A DNA stretch of 64,000 bases from the human T2T-CHM13v2.0 reference genome, Homo sapiens: the NCBI RefSeq assembly GCF_009914755.1, contig NC_060928.1; one strand, 5' to 3'. The position numbers and the translations under genes are program-made. Below, in pieces: positions 42,450 through 57,229 of this stretch (position 1 is its first letter; every line of letters starts with the position of its first letter). Below the pieces are notes generated by a model. It saw only the letters and a list, made by a program, of their open reading frames with translations, was not told the DNA's origin and did not search any database.

Positions 42450-43525
42450 GTTCCAATTTTTCAGCCTGACTAATCAAATTAAAAGGATAACACTAACAGT
42501 GAAAAAGTTGTTCAAACTACACCTGAAGCACAAAACTTCTAGAGCTACACTAACCAAATACAACCACTGCACCAATCAAGAGCATCTCATGAGATGCAAT
42601 TACAAAGCTACTTTATTTTTTTTCTTGTCTCTTACAGTCTTTGCTTTTGTTTGTTTCCTTTTGTTCTTCTTGTTCCTGGATGATAAATCAAAACCTTTTT
42701 TATATTCCTGTAAGTCTCTTAAAATAATTTGAAATCTGATGATCACTTAAAGTTACAAAGCAAAGTGCCGGTTCAAATCCAGGATGTCTCATCCTCATTC
42801 AAAGGTGCGGCTTCTCCCTTCACCTGTAGCCAGATCTTGCTGCCAGAAGCAATGTTGAAGCTGGGGAGAGAGAGTGTGGTTGGCTCCTCCCTTCCTCTCT
42901 CATATTCTCCCTCAACAGACAGCTGCTCTTACTGATGCCTCTGGCTTTGCAAATAGAGGTGTGGGGGGTGAGAGGAGAAAACAGAAGGAAGACATCAAAG
43001 TTCTCACCTGACTGGCCTGATGATAAGCTGGCCTAGAGCATTCAGAGCCTAGAAGATCACAGGAGCTGGCTTTTCCTTTGTTGGGCACATTCACTGATTG
43101 TTCAGAAAACTTCCATTATCAGGATGGTCTCCCTGAAGTTTTCTTGATATTAGAGGGTACATCTCTATTCTCTTAGTCACCTAGATCCTAGGAATTTGAC
43201 TATATCCTCAGCATCTTTAAAAAAAAAAAAATGAGTCCTGTTTGGTCATCAGGGGGTCTTCTGGACCTAAGACAACTCTAGTCCAGCAATTTTTCTGCAT
43301 GTGGTGCACATCTGAAGCAAAGGAAACACGTGGGCATGTTTTAGAGCAACCCTGTTGTAGCAGGCAAATTCCAGAACATTGATCCATCAGCTCATCCATC
43401 AGCAGATGGACTTTTGCTCACTATATTTTCAGGCAAGGTCCCCAAATAGTAACTGTGAACCACTGAAACTACCAGTGACTCATAGTAATCTTGGTAAACT
43501 CTCAGTGATCTCTTTAGAGCACCTA

Positions 43526-43868
43526 TGTTCATCAGTCCAGGATGCTATAACAAAATACCACAGACTGGGTGACTTATAAAACAGAAACTTATTTCTCACT
43601 CTTCTGGAGGCTGGGAAGTCTAAGATCAAGGTGCTGGAAGGTTCAATGTCTGGTGAGGGCCTGCTTCTGCACAGAGGGACATCTCACTCTAACTTCACAT
43701 GGCAGAAAGGCAAGAGGTCTCTCTTCGGTCTCTTTTGTAAGGGCACTGATCCTATCATAAGGGTGACCTTAATCACCTCCCAAAGGCCCCATTTCCCAAT
43801 ACTATCACCTTGGGGGCCAGAACTTTAACATATGAATTCAGGTGAACATAAACATTCAGTCCATTGCA
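43526..43868 (-). mobile_element. MaLR solo LTR (MLT1A/MST-like)
   Basis: gctataacaaaataccacagactggg...ggaggctgggaagtctaagatcaaggtg...acattcagtccattgca. Confidence 0.85.
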
Positions 43869-44559
43869 ATACCTCCCTTGCATTGAGATGAAAAGGAAAG
43901 CCCTATCCTTCTTCTTTGGAGGAAGGTAGGGCTCACAACACATAAACCGTTCTCTCCAAAAAGTGCTTTCGTCCCTTAAATCCTCTTTTATCTGGCCATA
44001 TGTCAACTAGTTCTCAGCCACCTACGTTTTTCAAATTCAATCAGTGTTCTTTCACAAGTCACTTAGTTATCTGATGCTTCTATTTCAATATCCTGTTATG
44101 CAACCATTACATAGCTGGATCCAGCTTTAATGAATAGCTCAGCTGAGTTTGGCCTTATTGAACAGATAAGGGTGACTGTAGTTACCCTATCCACACATCA
44201 CAGATTCAGAGCTTATATTGGCATTTTTACTAAATACTTCATCATATCTTACTTATATTCATTGCTCTTCCATGCTCATGAGCTTAATAAATGTCTGTAA
44301 CTTGTAATTATTCAAACTCAAAATTAGATAAGATCATGTCAATGAGGATATTCAAACAGACCTCCATATGTCAAGCTGGCTTCTTCCGTGAAGACACAGT
44401 AGGAAAGTAAACTTCTGTTTCGCAGAGATTTTCTGAGTTTACCATGGAATCCTTTAGTGCTACTTGATTTCTCATCAGTCAAAGCACAAGGAGATAAACA
44501 CAAGAAAAGATATTAGGAGGCAGGTAAAATAATATCTGTGTTCTTAGTTATCCTCTAAG

Positions 44560-44740
44560 CAAGTCATTCTCAAATTTCATTGTGAATATGAACCTCCTGG
44601 GGAATTTGTTTAAGATGCATATCCCCAGACGCTGATCTCAGAGCTTCTGCTTCAGTAGGTCTCAGGTAGGGCCCAAGAATAATGATGACAAGAACCCAGG
44701 TGATGCTAATGCAGGTGTTTGATTCTCAGATCACAGTAGG
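44560..44740. mobile_element. MER5-like hAT-Charlie fragment
   Basis: ttctcaaa...ttctgcttcagtaggtct...gggcccaagaat...ccaggtgatgctaatgc. Confidence 0.6.
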
Positions 44741-45138
44741 AGAGCTCTCAATGCACTCCTATATCTCCTTTCCTAGGCAGGAATTCTAAACATAACAATC
44801 ATAGTTTGCGGCATAATTATCCTATTACATTTTCTCTGGTCCCGGAATAGTGTTCATTGGGGTTCTAATTGTCCCCATACTGGAGTCACAACACTAGGGT
44901 GACAATGTAAGGATGCTTCCACAACCCCCTGCTTTGTATATTTCCTCTTGTTTCTGTTGTTCCCCTGAACTTTTTTTATTAACATTATTTTATCTCATTT
45001 CTCCCCATTTCTGTTTATGAAGCAGAGTGCTGATTCTGAGACTACAGCTGTTAAGAAGAGAGTGTAGGTATTTCCTTTCATCTTTAAATGCCTTTAGTGC
45101 CTACTGATGTTCTGAAGACCCAAGCCATTGCCCAGACC

Positions 45139-45438
<300 letters not shown>

Positions 45439-45997
45439 GACTTCTGATTTTTATTATTAAAAGTCTTTCAAAAGGACATCTGGACTGATGAGACCATACT
45501 TCTCTTGACCAATTCATTGAGAGGATTTCACATTATTAGGAATCTTAGCCTGAAGTAAGGCAGGGGAGAAAGACAAGAAGGGTCAAATTTTCATAAAGCA
45601 GTGGTTATACCCTCTTAATGAATCTGACTGGGCTTTGGCTAAAATATAAGTAAAATTCTGCTTTATCCGTTAAAGTAAATTGGCTAACATTTGCTCTGTA
45701 AGTTAAAGAAATTTTGAGTCTGAATATCTGCAATTCCAAAAGTGAGCTTCCCATGACTGCTGATGTAGAGATAGCTCTCAATGCCACCTTTGTTATTATG
45801 CTCCAAACCCTACACTCACATCTGCTCTTTTTTTTCACTTTGAAATTCTAAGACAGACAAATCCTCATCCATCATCATTTTGTATATATGTACATTTTAT
45901 TTTTACTTACTCCTTCCTTCAAGGTATCTCCTCATCATCATTTTCTTTTCATTATTTCTAGCTTTGTTCCATACCCATCTCTTTCCAATTCTCTCTC

Positions 45998-46002
<5 letters not shown>

Positions 46003-46048
<46 letters not shown>
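46003..46048. repeat. (CA)n microsatellite preceded by (CT)n
   Basis: About 23 CA units. Confidence 0.97.
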
Positions 46049-46051
<3 letters not shown>

Positions 46052-46309
46052 GTGCCCCCAAAACAATCCTCTTTAGCCTCTGCCCTCCGGAGGTGAAGCC
46101 CGATGTCTCTGCACAGGCAGCAGTGATCACAGGGGCCAGCACGACCTGACAGATTCATATGGGAAGCCACCAGAAGCAGCAGGAGTAGACACATGGCTAA
46201 ATTTGTGAAAAACCAGGAAATGCTAATGGAAATAGAGGGAGATGAAGAGGAAGAACTGCAGAAAAATTAAGGATTGAATTTAGGGATTCTGTAGTGATGA
46301 AACCGGTTC

Positions 46310-46720
46310 CAGTCAGCTAGACTTAACAATTCATAGGCCCAGGGCAAAAGTAAAAATGGAGGCCCATACTTCATATGTCCAAATATTATAAAAATAGAAC
46401 TCAAGCCAAAATGCTGTCAAATAAAATATGTTCTATCCTACTATCTCAATAAATATGCATTCATAACAACAAAATTTTAAAAAGTATGTGAAGCTATATC
46501 TAGAATATGACTAAGGATGACTGAATTTAATTGTTATTGCACAAATCTGGGTGTTCTGTAGATGGTGGCTCAATCTGAGTGAGTTAGTGATGTGTGATTG
46601 GGTAATAAAATGAAGAGAAAATTTTTATGTTATTAAAATCTGCTCTTTAAAATTGTTTATACTTATTTGCCTTGTTTCAGCAAAATCATTATGCTGTTAT
46701 AGTCAAGATTATCTACATAA
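46310..46720. mobile_element. hAT-Tip100-type DNA transposon fragment (Zaphod-like)
   Basis: ggcccagggcaaaagtaaaaatggaggccca... resembles the recalled terminus. Confidence 0.4.
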
Positions 46721-46729
46721 TTTGGGTTA

Positions 46730-49700
46730 TATTGACGGTGACCATCTAAAAGTATTATGGAGTAAAAGGGGCTCGCTGCCCAATGCATTAGAAGTCAATA
46801 CTATGACATCAGGTTTTTGAGAAAAGAAAAGCTTTATATTGAAAGTCGAACTTCCCCAATCTAGCAAGACATGCCAACATTCAAATTCATGAAATACAGA
46901 GAATACCACAAAGATACTCCTCGAGAAGAGCAACCCCAAGACACACATCAGATTCACCAAGGCTGAAATGAAGAAAAAAATGTTAAGGACAGCCAGAGAG
47001 AAAGGTCGGGTTACGCAAGGGAAGCCCTTCAGACCAACAGCAAATCTCTCTGCAGAAACCCTATAAGCCAAAAGAGAGTGGGGGCCAATAATTAACATTC
47101 TTAAAGAAAAGAAATTTCAAACCAGAATTTCATATCCAGTCAAACTAAGCTTCATAAGTGAAGGAGAAATAAATCCTTTACCGACAAGCAAAGGCTGAGA
47201 GATTTTGTCAACACCAGGCCTGCCTTACAAGAGCTCCTGAAGGAAGCACTAAATATGGAAAGGAAAACCCGGTACCTTTTGGTGTGTTTTCCCAAAAATG
47301 TACCAAATTGTAAAGACCGTTGACACTATGAAGAAACTAAATCAACTAATGGGCAAAATAATCAGTTAGCATCATAAAGACAGGATCAAATTCACATGTA
47401 ACAATATGAACCTTAAATGTAAATGGGCTAAATGCCCCAATTAAAAGACACAGACTGGCAAATTAAATAAAGAGTCAAGACTCATTGGTGTGCTGTATTC
47501 AGGAGACCCATCTCACTTGCAAAGACACGAATAGGCTAAAAATAAAGAGATGGAGGATTATTTACCAAGCTAATGGAAAGAAAAAAAAGGAGGGGTTGCA
47601 ATCCTAGCCTCTGATAAAAGCGACTTTAAACCAACAAAGATCAAAAAAGACAAAGAAGGGCATTACATAATGGTAAAGGGATCAATGCAACATGAAGAGC
47701 TATTGTAAATATATATATGCACCCAATACAGGAGCACCCAGATTCCTAAAGCAAGTTCTTAGAGACCTACAAAGAGACTTAGACTCCCACACAATAATAG
47801 TGGGAGACTTTAACACACCATTATCAATATTAGACAGATCAATAAGACAGAAAATTAACAAGGATATCCAAGACTTGAACTCAGCTCTGGACCAAGCGGA
47901 CCTAATAGACATCTACAGAACTCCCCACCCAAATCGACAGAATATACATTCTTCTCACACCACATCGCACTTATTTTAAAATTGGCCACATAACTGGAAG
48001 TAAAACACTCCTCAGCAAATGCAAAAGAATGGAAATCATAACAGTCTCTCAGACCACAGCGCAGTCAAATTAGAACTCAGGATCAATAAACTCACTCAAA
48101 ACCACACAACTACATGGAAGCTGAACAACCTGCTCCTGAATGACTACTGGGTACATAAGGAAAATAAGGCAGAAATAAATACATTATTTGAAACCAATGA
48201 GGGCAAAGATACAATGCACCAGAATCTCTGGGACACATTTAAAGCAGTGTTTAGAGGGAAATTTATAGCACTAAATACCCACAGGAGAAAGCAGGAAAGA
48301 TCTAAAATTGACACCCTAACATCACAATTAAAAGAACTAGAGAAGCAAGAGCAAACAAATTCAAAAGCTAGCAGAAGGCAGGAAATAACTAAGATTAGAG
48401 CAGAACTTAAGGAGATAGAGACACAAAAAACCCTTCAAAAAATCAGTGAATCCAGGAGGTGTTTTTTTGAAAAGACTAACAAAATAGGTAGACCACTAGC
48501 CAGACAATAAAGAAGAAAAGAAAGAAAAATCAAATAGACACAATAAAAAATGATAAAGGGGATATGACCACTGATCCCACAGAAACACAAAGTACCATCA
48601 GAGAATACGATAAACACCTCTACACAAATAAACTAGAAAATCTAGAAGAAATGGATAAATTCCTGGACACAAACACCCTCCCAAGACTAAACCAGGAAGA
48701 AGTCAAATCCCTGAATAGACCAATAACAAGTTCTGAAATTGAGGCAGTAATTAATAGTCCACCAATGAAAAAAGCCCAGGACCAGACAGATTCACAGCCA
48801 AATTCTACCAGAGGTACAAAGAAGAGCTGGTACCATTCCTTCTGAAACTATTCCAAACAATAGAAACAGAGAGACTCCTCCCTAACTCATTTTATGAGGC
48901 CAGCATCATCCTGATACCAAAACCTGGCAGAGATACAACAAAAAAAAGAAAATTTCAGGTCAATCTCCCTGAGGAAAATCGATGTGAAAATCCTCAATAA
49001 AATACTGGCAAACTGAATCCAGCAGCACATCAAAAAGCTTATCCACCACTATCAAGTTAGCTTCATCCCTGGGATGCAAGGCTGCTTCAACATGTGCAAA
49101 TCAAGAAACATAATACATCACATAAACAAAACCAATGACAAAAACCACATAATTATCTCAATAGGTGCAGAAAAGGCCTTCAATAAAATTCAACACCCCT
49201 TCATGCTAAAAACTCTTAATAAACTATGTTTTGATGGAATGTATCTCAAAACAATAAGAGCTATTTATGACAAACCCATAGCCAATGTTATACTGAATGG
49301 GCAAAAACTGGAAGCATTCCCTTTGAAAACCAGCACAAGACAAGATGCCCTCTCTCATGACTCCTATTCAACATAGTATTGGAAATTCTGGCCAGGGCAA
49401 TCAGGCAAGAGAAAGAAATAAAAGATATTCAATTAGGAAAAGAGGAAGTCAAATTGTCTCTGTTTGCAGATGACATGATTGTATATTTAGAAAACCCCAT
49501 CGTCTCAGCCCAAAATCAATGTTATCCCCATCAAGCTACCATTGACTTTCTTCACAGAATTAGAAAACACTACTTTAAATTTCATATGGAACCAAAAAAG
49601 AGCCTATATAGCCAAGACAATCCTAAGCAAAAAGAACAAGCTGGAAGTATCACGCTATCTGACTTCAAACTATACTACAAAGCTACAGTAACCAAAACAA

Positions 49701-51636
49701 CATGGCACTGGTACCAAAACAGATATGTAGACCAACGGAACAGAACAGAGGCCTCAGAAATAACGCCACACATCTACAACCATCTGATCTTTTGACAAAC
49801 CTGACAAAAACCAGCAATTGGGAAAGGATTCCTTATTTAATAAACGATGTTGGGAAAACTGGCTAGCCATATGCAGAAAACTGAAACTGTACCCCTTCCT
49901 TACACCTTATACAAAAATTAACTCAAGGTGGATTGAAGACTTAAATGTAAGACCTAAAACCATAAAAACCCTAGAAGAAAACCTAGGCAATACCATTCAG
50001 GACATAGGCATGGGCAAAGACTTCATGACTAAAACACCAAAAGCAACAGCAACAAAAGCTAAAATTGACAAATGGGATCTAATTAAACTAAAGAGCTTCT
50101 GCACAGCAAAAGAAACTATCATCAGAGTGAACAGGCAACTTACAGAATGGGAGAAAATTTTTGCAGTATATTCATCTGACAAATGGCTAATAACCAGAAT
50201 CTACAAAGAACTTAAACAAATTTACAAGAAAAAACAAACAACCCCATCAAAAAGTGGGCAAAAGATATGAAGAGACACTTCTTAAAAGAAGACATTTATG
50301 CAGCCAGCAAACATGAAAAAAGCTCATCATCACTGGTCATTAGAGAAATGCAAATCAAAACCACAAGGAGATACCCTCCACCCCAGTTACAATGGTGATC
50401 GTTAAAAACTCAGGAAACAACAGATGCTGAAGAGGATGTGAAGAAATAGTAACGCTTTAACATTGTTGGTGGGAGTGTAAATTAGTTCAACCATTGTGGA
50501 AGATAGTGTGGTGATTCCTCAAGGATCTAGAACCAGAAATACCATTTGACCCAGCAATCCCATTACTGGGTATATACCAAAAGATTATAAATCATTCTAC
50601 TATAAAAACACATGCACATGTATGTTTATTGCAGCGCTCTTCACAATATCAAAGACTTGGAACCAACTCAAATGCCCATCAATGATAGACTGGATAAAGA
50701 AAGTGTGGCACATACACACCATGGAATACTATACAGCTATAAAATAGGATAAGTTCATGTCCTTTGCAGGAACATGGATGAAGCTAGAAACCATCGCTCT
50801 CAGCAAACTAACACAGGAACAGAAAACCAAACACCACATGTTCTCACTCATAAGTGGGAGTCGAACAGTGAAAACACATGGACACAGGGAGGGGAACATC
50901 ACACACTGGGGCCTGTCGGGGGTGGGGGGCCAGGGGAGGGATAGCATTAGGAGAAATACCTAATGTAGATGACAGGTTGATGCCTGCAGCAAACCACCAT
51001 GTCATGTGTATACCTATGTAACAAACCTGCACATTCTGCACATGTATCCCAGAATTTAAAGTATAATTTTTAAAAAAAAGAAAAAAAAAGAATTTCAGTA
51101 AAGTTTTACAGTTTCCTTCATATAGGTCTCACACATCTTTGTTTTATTCCTATAACAAATGGTTTTAAAAAAAAAAAAGTATGGCTTAAAAGAAAAGAAA
51201 GAAAGTCAACTCTCAAGGACACATGAGTCAAGCTCAAATCTGTCTCCCTCTGCTGGCTTTCAGGCAGTATTTTTATTAGAAAAGGTTAGGAGGTGGATTC
51301 TGAGATTATTGGGTAATTAGTGGAAACAAAGGAGAAGTTTGGAAAGTACTTGAGCGTGCACAGTTATTTCTTCATGTTACTTCATGGGTTTCATGTGCAA
51401 ATGTGAGGGGAGTTAGTATAAAACATGCAGTGGAAATTCAGGCTGTGACATCAACAAGCTCCTTCTGCCCAAACTCCTGGTGGCCATCTTGGTTCAATTT
51501 CAGCAGGTTCTTTTATTTCACAAGTGGAGGGAGTTGCAGCATTTCAGCAAGTTGTTTCTTTTCTTATTTGCCATCCTGCAAACTCAAGAATTTCTGTTAG
51601 TCATTGGTTTCTTTAATTATTTGAGACATGATTTCA
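46730..51636 (-). mobile_element. ERV1-class LTR (MER101-like) split by a 4.3-kb L1: ~46730-46849 and 51201-51636
   Basis: The two pieces join across the TSD gaaagtc(g/a)a. Minus-strand start TGAAAtc...AAAGAAACCAATGACTAACAGAAATTCTTGAG. Confidence 0.6.
46850..51090 (+). mobile_element. 5'-truncated L1PA (3' half of ORF1, ORF2, 3' UTR), inactivated, with a ~0.3-kb internal deletion near 49517
   Basis: EN peptides ([28 protein letters not shown]), RT LFADDM motif, many frameshifts, ORF2 ATG mutated. A segment present in the L1 copy at 29139-29416 is missing here. Confidence 0.95.
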
Positions 51637-52913
51637 AAAGTCTAAGAAATAAAGCGTAATTGTATTTTCAGTGGAAACAATGTGCCTCCCTAATAGTTCT
51701 GGCAAAAGGCCAAGGTTTGATGCTTACTGACCTAACTTGGGTCATATGATTACCCTTGAACCTACCTCTGTGGCTGGGGGATGGAACACTGATTTATTGG
51801 TCTTGTATCATCTCACAAGCAAAGAGTCAAGGAAAAGGTGTGTGTGCTCCCTCCCTATCTCCTTCCCTCTTCCTCTCCCACTTTCATCCTCCCTCCACCC
51901 CTGCAACACACACACCCCATGGACTTGATGGGTCGATAGTTACAATGAAAAACATTCAGCATAGCTATTGCTTTTTTTTCTTCAAATTTACACTTAATAG
52001 AAGCAGAGGAAAAGAACATTTTCTGAAATGAGATGTCTTTGAAGTTTTCTAAAAATTATGTTTCTGGTAACACTTCGAAATGGGACATGTAATCATAGTA
52101 AATAGCTAAAGAAAGTCTTGTTTCCTATTTTTATATAGTTCAAAAACATGTAAAACTAAAAGTATATGATTTTAGTATACATATGCAGTAAAACCTATGA
52201 AGAAAAACAAGGGGATTTTTAAAAATGCAAAATTCTGGGCAGTGATTACTTTTGGGGAGAGAACAAAGGAGGGATTGGATCAGAAAGAGCACATAGGAAG
52301 TGTCAAAAATGATGTTGATATTCCATTTTTCAAACTGGGTCTATGGGTATTCATTTTATTCTTATTCTTTGTGTTTTATATATGTTATCATACAAATATC
52401 ATTGTATGTGTATTTAATTTTAATTTTTAAAATTAAAGAAAAAGATAATTTAACATGTTTAATTTGAGAATTTTGTAACTAGGAGTTACAGAATTTAAAA
52501 GGAGTGTGGTTTGGCTAGAATATCACATAATTTGCAAGAGCTATTTGAGAGGCCCAATGCTCTGCCCTTTCTTCACCTTTTCCCTTCTATTTAGCTGCTA
52601 GAACCTGCCCAATTCCGTGAATAAAGCTGGAACTGAGTTAGACAGTCATGCCACTACCTTCTATCCAGTGGTCTCCTCACCACCCATGGAAATGGAACTG
52701 CTTATGAAATATTCATGAAAGGCCCACACTAAATACAGCACAATTTCAGAATCTATGGTGCTGTGCAGTTGCTTTGGATTTAGAAAGAAGAAACAAGAAA
52801 GTTTGAAGGGCACTCTGTTCTGCAGGCTTTTTCCCAACACCCCTGTGAACGCTGGGTGCCATGTGTAAAACAGATACTCTAAAATCTCAGGTGCTTCATC
52901 AGAGATGAGACCA

Positions 52914-53325
52914 TGTGTTACAGACGAAATGTTTGTAACACCCAAAATTCACACGTATGAAGCCGTGTCCCCCAGTGTGATGATAGTTGGTGATAGGGCC
53001 TTTGCGATAGAATTAGGGTCAGATGAGGCCGTGACGGTGGGTCCTCCATGATGGCATTAGTGCCCTCATAAGAAGAATCACCAGTGAGCTTGCTTGTGCA
53101 TTCTCTCTCTCTCTCTCTCTCCATGCACCAAGAAAAGGCCATATGAGCACATAGCAAGAAGGTGACTCTCTATAGGTTAAGAAGAGCACCTTCACCAGAA
53201 GCTGAATTCTGCTGGAGCTTGATCTTAGACTTTCCTGCCTCCACAACTGTAAGAAAATAAATTTCTGTCGTTAAAGCCACCCAACCTATGGTGTTTTGTT
53301 ATGGCAGCTTGAGCTAACTAATATA
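52914..53325 (+). mobile_element. MaLR solo LTR (MLT1A/MSTD-like)
   Basis: aaatgtttgt...attagggtcagatgagg...aataaatttctg...gttatggcagc. Confidence 0.85.
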
Positions 53326-53519
53326 ATGACTAATTATATACTAACATGCTAAAATATTAATATAATGACAAACTTTGTGTTGGTATACTAATGATAATGA
53401 AGTCGTTATCATTAGTTACACAGAAAAAGGATGTGTTTCCACAGATTTTATAGTTCTGAACATACACAAATCCCTCCTCAATAAAAATAAATAAATAAAT
53501 AATAAAAACTGAGTTTTTT

Positions 53520-53813
53520 GGCTGGGCACGGTGGCTCACATCTGTAATCCCAGCATGTTGGGAGGCCGAGGTGGGTAGAGTGCCTGAGGTCAGGAGTTCA
53601 AGACCAGCCTGCCCAACATGGTCAAATTCCGTCTTTACTAAAAACACAAAAATTAGGGAGGCATGGTGGCCCATGCCTATAGTCCCAGCTATTCTGGAGA
53701 CTGAGGCAGGAGAATCTCTTGAACCCTGGAGGTTGCAGTGAGCCGAGATTGTGCCACCGCCCTCTACCCTGGGCGACAGAGCAAGACTCCATTTCAAAAA
53801 AAAAAAAAAAAAA
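53520..53813 (+). mobile_element. AluS
   Basis: Dimeric Alu with A18 tail. Confidence 0.95.
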
Positions 53814-54319
53814 GCTGGTTTTTAAATGACAAATTTCGGCTATCATTTTTCTTTCATTCTACATATGGCCAACCTTACTTGGAATAAAATGAGGCAGTTT
53901 TGTGCACAGCCTGATTTCAGGGAGTTCAGCCTCCTTGAAAGAACTCATGGAGGACTTTGAAGCTGTGCAAATCCTGTTTCTGCCACTTTCCAGCTGTGTT
54001 GATTTATCTTCTCTGAGCCTGAATTTTCTCATCTGTAGAAATGAAATAACAATTCTCACCTTGGAGGCTAAGGTAAGGCACCCTTACATAGGTAACCTAT
54101 ATAAAGCATTGAGAGCAGTGCCAGACATATAATCAGTATGTAATACATAGCAGCTCTTATCTCTGCCAGGCTTTTCTAGCCAGCAGTATACAGTCAATCT
54201 CAAATCAATAGTGTCTAGCAGTCTCCAGCACAAAGGAGGTGCTCAAAAAATGTTTGTGGGATGAATAAGTGAATAAATGAACAAATGAATGGATACAGGA
54301 GACATAGTAATTTCTTAGA

Positions 54320-54710
54320 TAAATTATACTGTTTTCAATGTCCTCTAGGCAAAGACCACAAAGAATACACCTGTAGCTAAACAAATTGGATTTCTTATCT
54401 CCATGGCCGGGAGGAATGTATACCATGGGGAACAGTGGGGCATCTCAGTAAGAGTGTTAGAAAGAACCTATTACAGGATTCAGGCTGTGGGTTAGGAGAC
54501 TTTGGAGAAAGGCTTAAGAAAGTGGGGATTTGATCTGGATTGGGTGTTTTCAGAAAGTGGGTATAAATCTATGATTGGCTTTCTTAATAAACCTTTATAG
54601 AGAGGGAAGACTAGAGTGAGGTTAATATTGTAATTAGTGAAAAAGTAACCATTGCTTGTATTAGGCAGGATACAGGGACATGAAATCCAGTAGACATACT
54701 GATTAGTCAC
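54320..54710. mobile_element. Probable ERV LTR fragment (family not identified)
   Basis: LTR-like composition and motifs recalled from ERV1 MER-type LTRs. Confidence 0.35.
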
Positions 54711-54719
54711 TGGAAAGGA

Positions 54720-55188
54720 ATATCAGTTTGGGTTCTGCAGGTAGCAGACACCGAGACAGATTTAGAAATGCAAGAGGTTCATTGGGAAGCTGGTGGAGGG
54801 AAAGAATACCCTTGAAACACAGCGCAAAGAAGCAGGAATGGCATAAAAAGCCTTTCAGCTCTGATGCTTACCAGTCCTCTGTGATAAGAAAGGGAGGAGA
54901 AAGCAGCATTGGACTGGGGCAGCCTTAGGCTGTGATGCAGATCTGACAAGGCTCTGCCAACCCAATGAGTTACTCAGAACCACTGGGCAGAAGCACCCTG
55001 GCCCTATGGATTCCATTCTGCCAGTGCTTTCAGGATTGCCCAGAAAAAGCTTGGCCTCAGCTGAAAAGCTTTGGTGGATCCTCAGGGTGCTGCAACTGGA
55101 GGCTATCAGATAACTGCCCTCTCTGCAGTTGGAAGCAAAATATTTCATGAAAGGAGACCCAAGTGGGACAGCCCTTAGCTGTCTCACA
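54720..55188 (-). mobile_element. ERVL LTR16-like solo LTR
   Basis: gggttctgcaggtagcagacaccgagacaga...tgcaagaggttcattggg...ctcaca. Confidence 0.6.
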
Positions 55189-56006
55189 AGGTGTATTCGG
55201 CAAGGAGTAGGAGCTCTTCCTTAGGATCTGCTGCATTCAAGGGGAAGTATCTCCAAGTAATTCCCTTTAGTCCTGGATTCATGTGCATCCAGCAGCATTC
55301 AGATGGCTCTCTCTGTTTAGTAGGTGCCCCAATACTAGAAAAGAAGTAATCAAGAAAGCCAATTCAAAGAATAACATCACTAGGGAAAGAGATGGCTCAT
55401 TGAAATGAACAAATAGACCATCCCAGCAGTATGGCTACTGGCTCACTTCCTGATTATACAGCTGACGAAACCCATCCACAGTGAGGTTAACTCACTTGCC
55501 TAAAATCACAAAATCATGGAACTAGGGAAGAACTGAGGTTCATTCTACCTATTCACTCTTCTTAAGAAGCATCGGCACACAATAGATCCATCACCCCTGC
55601 ATAACCAAATGAAAATTGTTTCTAAGCATGAAAAGCTAAGTACTTATTTTGGATGCTGTTAATCATATCACAGCTTAACAACCCATGAAATCTCTACAGA
55701 AACAGTTTGTTAAGTACTACTCACACATATCACACCTTGCATTATACCAGACATTTTTAATGACTTTGGATTTTCAGTCCATTAATGTTGCTGCAATTGA
55801 AACAGATTCACAGAGGTTAAGATAAAATTCTGTGCTCCTAAATGGAATATTGCCATCTTACACATTTTAGTGTTTGCTTCTACTTTGAGATTATGACCAC
55901 AAGTCATGTATACTTTACAGAAAAATTCCATAAAATATACTGTGAAGAGGTAGGAAAATATTTAACTTTTAAATCAGTTATTACTTTAAATCGGTCTCCT
56001 TAATAA

Positions 56007-56299
<293 letters not shown>

Positions 56300-57229
56300 A
56301 AGAATTTTTAAAAAGTTCACTGTGAGTCTATATTTACCAAACTCAGTAATCAGACGAGGGAGAGACAATCTCCATTTAAACGAGATAGTATCTCTACTGT
56401 ATCTTGCCCACTCCCAACCTCAAATTAAAATGAAATCATTTTGCCATATTGGCAAAATCCATAGGCAGATATCTAAATGTTGTCTAAAATAAAGTACTTA
56501 GAAATCCCATTTGGCAAGAGATACCTCAAGTTTTAATACGCTATAGTTAGAATCATTCAGCCTCTTCTGCTGTACAAATAACACTCCTAAGCTCATTCCT
56601 ACATTTCTGGCCATTTCCCAGATCACCTACCTTACTCTTCTATTCTGTAGACCTATCTATTCCAGGTCTACTGAAGAAGCGGGCACAGTTTGACATTTTC
56701 TCTCCTTCCCTCTTATTCCATTGCAACCTGTATCTTTTTGCTGTCTCATTTATCAGAATGTTAATTCATTATTATTTGGGCTCTTATTTGTAAAATGTCT
56801 GTCTCTCCACAAGACCATTAAGTCTCTGAGGGCAGGGGCTGTATCTTCCTTGTTTTCTGTTGTATTTCAGAGCTTGGTGTTCATAGGGCTTTGATAAATA
56901 CAGTTTTCTTCCTTCACACTCAGGTACACACAACTGGATCAATCATTTCTCTCTGCTCATGATGCACAATCAATCCTGGCCCATGCAGGCCTTCCTTTAG
57001 TGTATCCTCCTCATGTTTCCCACTCAATTAGTTTATTCCTACTCACATTTCCCCCATACCTACCTGCCTTCCTCTAACTACTGGCAAGACATCAACTTTG
57101 CTGTATTTTGTATGTAATCTGCTACTTGACATCATTGGAAATTATCAGTATTTTCTAATTTTCTAGCTAGGCAATGGTTACTTAGACTGAAATGTGTACT
57201 TGAAGATTATGTAATGGTATTTTATATAT

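Noticed and set aside
47692-50270. Series of endonuclease/RT ORFs suggesting an active retroelement
   Set aside because: A single decayed L1: no 5' UTR, ORF2 start lost, multiple frameshifts and an internal deletion.
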